Shown in pieces: positions 30,107 to 32,000 of a stretch of 32,000 bases of DNA; the first letter of the stretch is position 1; each line of letters starts with the position of its first letter. The stretch lies in contig NC_010085.1 of NCBI RefSeq assembly GCF_000018465.1, positions 1,230,001 through 1,262,000 on the forward strand, written 5' to 3'. The stretch comes from Nitrosopumilus maritimus SCM1 (GTDB lineage: Archaea > Thermoproteota > Nitrososphaeria > Nitrososphaerales > Nitrosopumilaceae). Position numbers and translations under genes: made by a program. The notes below the pieces were generated by a model, which did not search any database, was not told the DNA's origin, and worked only from the letters and a program-made list of their open reading frames with translations.

Positions 30107-31366
30107 TTGACAGCGTCAAAGAAACAAGTCGTATTTGAAAAAATTAGCGAGGTACTATCAGAGTACGAGTTAACAGGAATTACAAAAAATGAGCTTGTTA
30201 GGATACTTCAGCAGGAAGGAATTGCTTCCAGAATGACATTTTACGAGTATTTCAAGGAAATGGCAGATCCAAAGAAAGCAAACATCATTCAGATGAGGAT
30301 CCCCAAAGGTAAAATCAACGCGGTTTGCTTCCCAACACCAGAAAATCAGGCAATAGTGAAACTCAAGAAGAAATTCAAATCAATTTGTAATTTACTTGGT
30401 TTGATCAAAAAGTACCCAGAGTTAGGGGATTGTTTTATTCCACTTCCAAGACTAAAGGGAGTTTACAATAGCAAAAAAATCCCACCAGACACAGGATTTG
30501 CATACAATACTTCGTTGTATTCAGAAATAATTCATTCAGAAAAGACATCATTTGGAGAATCTAGATCATATATCACATTAAGGTCTCATAGAGCTAGACA
30601 TGACATTTTAAAAGAACTCTCGGTGTTTTTGACTCACTATCTAAATTCTCCAAAAAGAAAGTACTCAAAACAGATTAAAGAAGAGTGTGTTAAAATTTTA
30701 ACACCAACTTTTTTACAAGCATTAAAAATTCTAAGTGATGATTATGTAGACACAGTTAACGTATCAAAAGATCTTAAAAAAACAATTCAATCAACAGCCC
30801 CAAAAGATTCAGCAGTATTCATAGGGTTGGTGAGGGCACCAATAATGCCACAAGTTGAAGTTGAATTTTTGAAAATTCTTGGAAGATATTACTATACAAT
30901 AAGCAAGCAGTTTTCAAAAAACATGAAGATGGATTCATGTAAGGAACAAAAAATAATTTCGCAAGTGTTAAGAGATTTTTATTGTGTAGAAGAAGACTCA
31001 AATGAAAAATTAGATTCACAAGACATTAAAAGAATATTTCAATTAAACAACAATCTAGTTACAAATAGGGGCAAAGAAACTGAAATTAAAAATGAATACG
31101 GTTTTGATGAAAATTCTCTAGCCATAAAACTTGTCAAAACATTTTCAAAAGACGAGGAAGATACGGATGATTCATTACACATCAAAATTTACTATACAAA
31201 ATTATTTTTGTCATTAGGCATATTCACTAAGAAAGAACAGCAAATCATCGAATATGATTTGAAACATGATGAGAAAGTTTTCAAATCAAAAGAGTGGGAT
31301 GACCCAAAAGAAGGAAGAGAAGTGTTAGAGGCGTTGTTTCCAAGCGAAGTATCCAAATATGAATAG
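30107..31366 (+). CDS. hypothetical 419-aa protein with an N-terminal HTH-like segment
   Basis: TTG start. ITKNELVRILQQEGIASRMTFYEYFKEM. No other motif. Confidence 0.55.
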   Translation: MTASKKQVVFEKISEVLSEYELTGITKNELVRILQQEGIASRMTFYEYFKEMADPKKANIIQMRIPKGKINAVCFPTPENQAIVKLKKKFKSICNLLGLIKKYPELGDCFIPLPRLKGVYNSKKIPPDTGFAYNTSLYSEIIHSEKTSFGESRSYITLRSHRARHDILKELSVFLTHYLNSPKRKYSKQIKEECVKILTPTFLQALKILSDDYVDTVNVSKDLKKTIQSTAPKDSAVFIGLVRAPIMPQVEVEFLKILGRYYYTISKQFSKNMKMDSCKEQKIISQVLRDFYCVEEDSNEKLDSQDIKRIFQLNNNLVTNRGKETEIKNEYGFDENSLAIKLVKTFSKDEEDTDDSLHIKIYYTKLFLSLGIFTKKEQQIIEYDLKHDEKVFKSKEWDDPKEGREVLEALFPSEVSKYE

Positions 31367-31371
31367 AAGTG

Positions 31372-32000
31372 TTATTTTTTACGTCTGAGTTTACTGGTTC
31401 TAGAGATTTTCTTGTCCATTTTCTGCATTTTTAACCTCATTTCCTCAATTTTTGCCTCCAAATCTTCATTTGAACTAGCACCCTTGGAAATTTCCTTAAA
31501 CTTTGAAAAGATATTCAATCTTCCAGAGGCTTTGATGTACTCTTTTCGCAATGTAGCAGTAAACAGATGTGCTTGTTTTTCATACGAGTCTTTTGTCTTG
31601 TGTCCAATGAACTCTTCAGCCAAATCATATCGTACATCAGAGTCTATCAGTACAGATTTCAAAAGATCACGTGTTTCATGAGGAGTTATTCGGTATTTCT
31701 TTCTTGACCCATTTCCTACTGATTTTGAGTTTAAAATTTCATCTAACCCTGAATTTTTTCGCATTCTCTCAAAACTTTTGGTTATCCAAGTTTCTTTGAT
31801 AGGTTTTTGGAAATTATTTAAGAAAAGTGCACTCTTGTTACTCATTTCTTGCCCTGTGATTTTTTTTCTGTAAGGAAGATAATCAATTATTGCAGAAACT
31901 GCGTCTCTATCTAAGAAACCAAAATGAGATACATTAGTCTTTACTCTAGTTAGTTCTATTAGAATTGGGCATTTCTTCAAATCCCATTTTTTATAATCTT
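31372..32000 (-). CDS. tyrosine recombinase/integrase, C-terminal catalytic part (N-terminus lies beyond the window)
   Basis: ITPHETRDLL (HxxR) and FIGHKTKDSYEKQ (GH ... Y). The reading frame stays open upstream of the track start (...DYKKWD-LKKCP...) to position 32000. Confidence 0.75.
   Translation of the reverse strand, partial: DYKKWDLKKCPILIELTRVKTNVSHFGFLDRDAVSAIIDYLPYRKKITGQEMSNKSALFLNNFQKPIKETWITKSFERMRKNSGLDEILNSKSVGNGSRKKYRITPHETRDLLKSVLIDSDVRYDLAEEFIGHKTKDSYEKQAHLFTATLRKEYIKASGRLNIFSKFKEISKGASSNEDLEAKIEEMRLKMQKMDKKISRTSKLRRKK

Larger units (their letters stand above)
28440..32000. mobile_element. probable integrated element (cryptic integrated element or provirus remnant); the right part runs off the window
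   Basis: Tyrosine integrase at the window edge plus four ORFan genes with wHTH or zinc-ribbon features. Very AT-rich by eye. The left boundary is a guess and no att repeat can be seen. Confidence 0.5.

Noticed and set aside
30819-31681. Antisense ORFs 30819-31019 and 31412-31681
   Set aside because: They are shadows of the 419-aa gene and of the integrase gene.

Overview
AT-rich, gene-dense archaeal chromosome segment that reads like a marine ammonia-oxidising thaumarchaeon (Nitrosopumilus type): leaderless-looking genes with TATA-like boxes about 25 nt upstream of the ATG, many copper proteins and many tiny Cys-pair ORFs. All calls come from reading the translations and sequence by eye; no searches were run. 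No rRNA, tRNA or CRISPR array was seen. Left end (309-4329, minus): the hyp-ectABCD-mscS ectoine/hydroxyectoine operon, then aIF-1A. Middle: (1) a Cache-HAMP-cyclase-like membrane sensor. (2) A duplicated module of 18-bp inverted repeat, TATA box and a ~65-aa tail-anchored protein; one copy heads a multicopper-oxidase/hemerythrin operon and the other a 4-TM voltage-sensor-like protein, with a wHTH regulator between them. (3) Flavodoxin, nitroreductase, a Kazal plus metallo-beta-lactamase exoprotein, a membrane-tethered ArsR-like regulator beside a SIMPL protein, unknown secreted proteins, and a family of conserved intergenic hairpin repeats. Right: a Trm112-fused methyltransferase and a SirB1-like protein. 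The standout is a secreted protein that is about 31 percent methionine, lying next to a CDF transporter without a C-terminal domain and a CmtR-like ArsR/SmtB sensor with a perfect 12-2-12 palindromic operator. The window ends in a probable integrated element whose tyrosine integrase is cut by the edge. Two small genes look decayed (a homopolymer frameshift and an ATG-to-ATA start loss).
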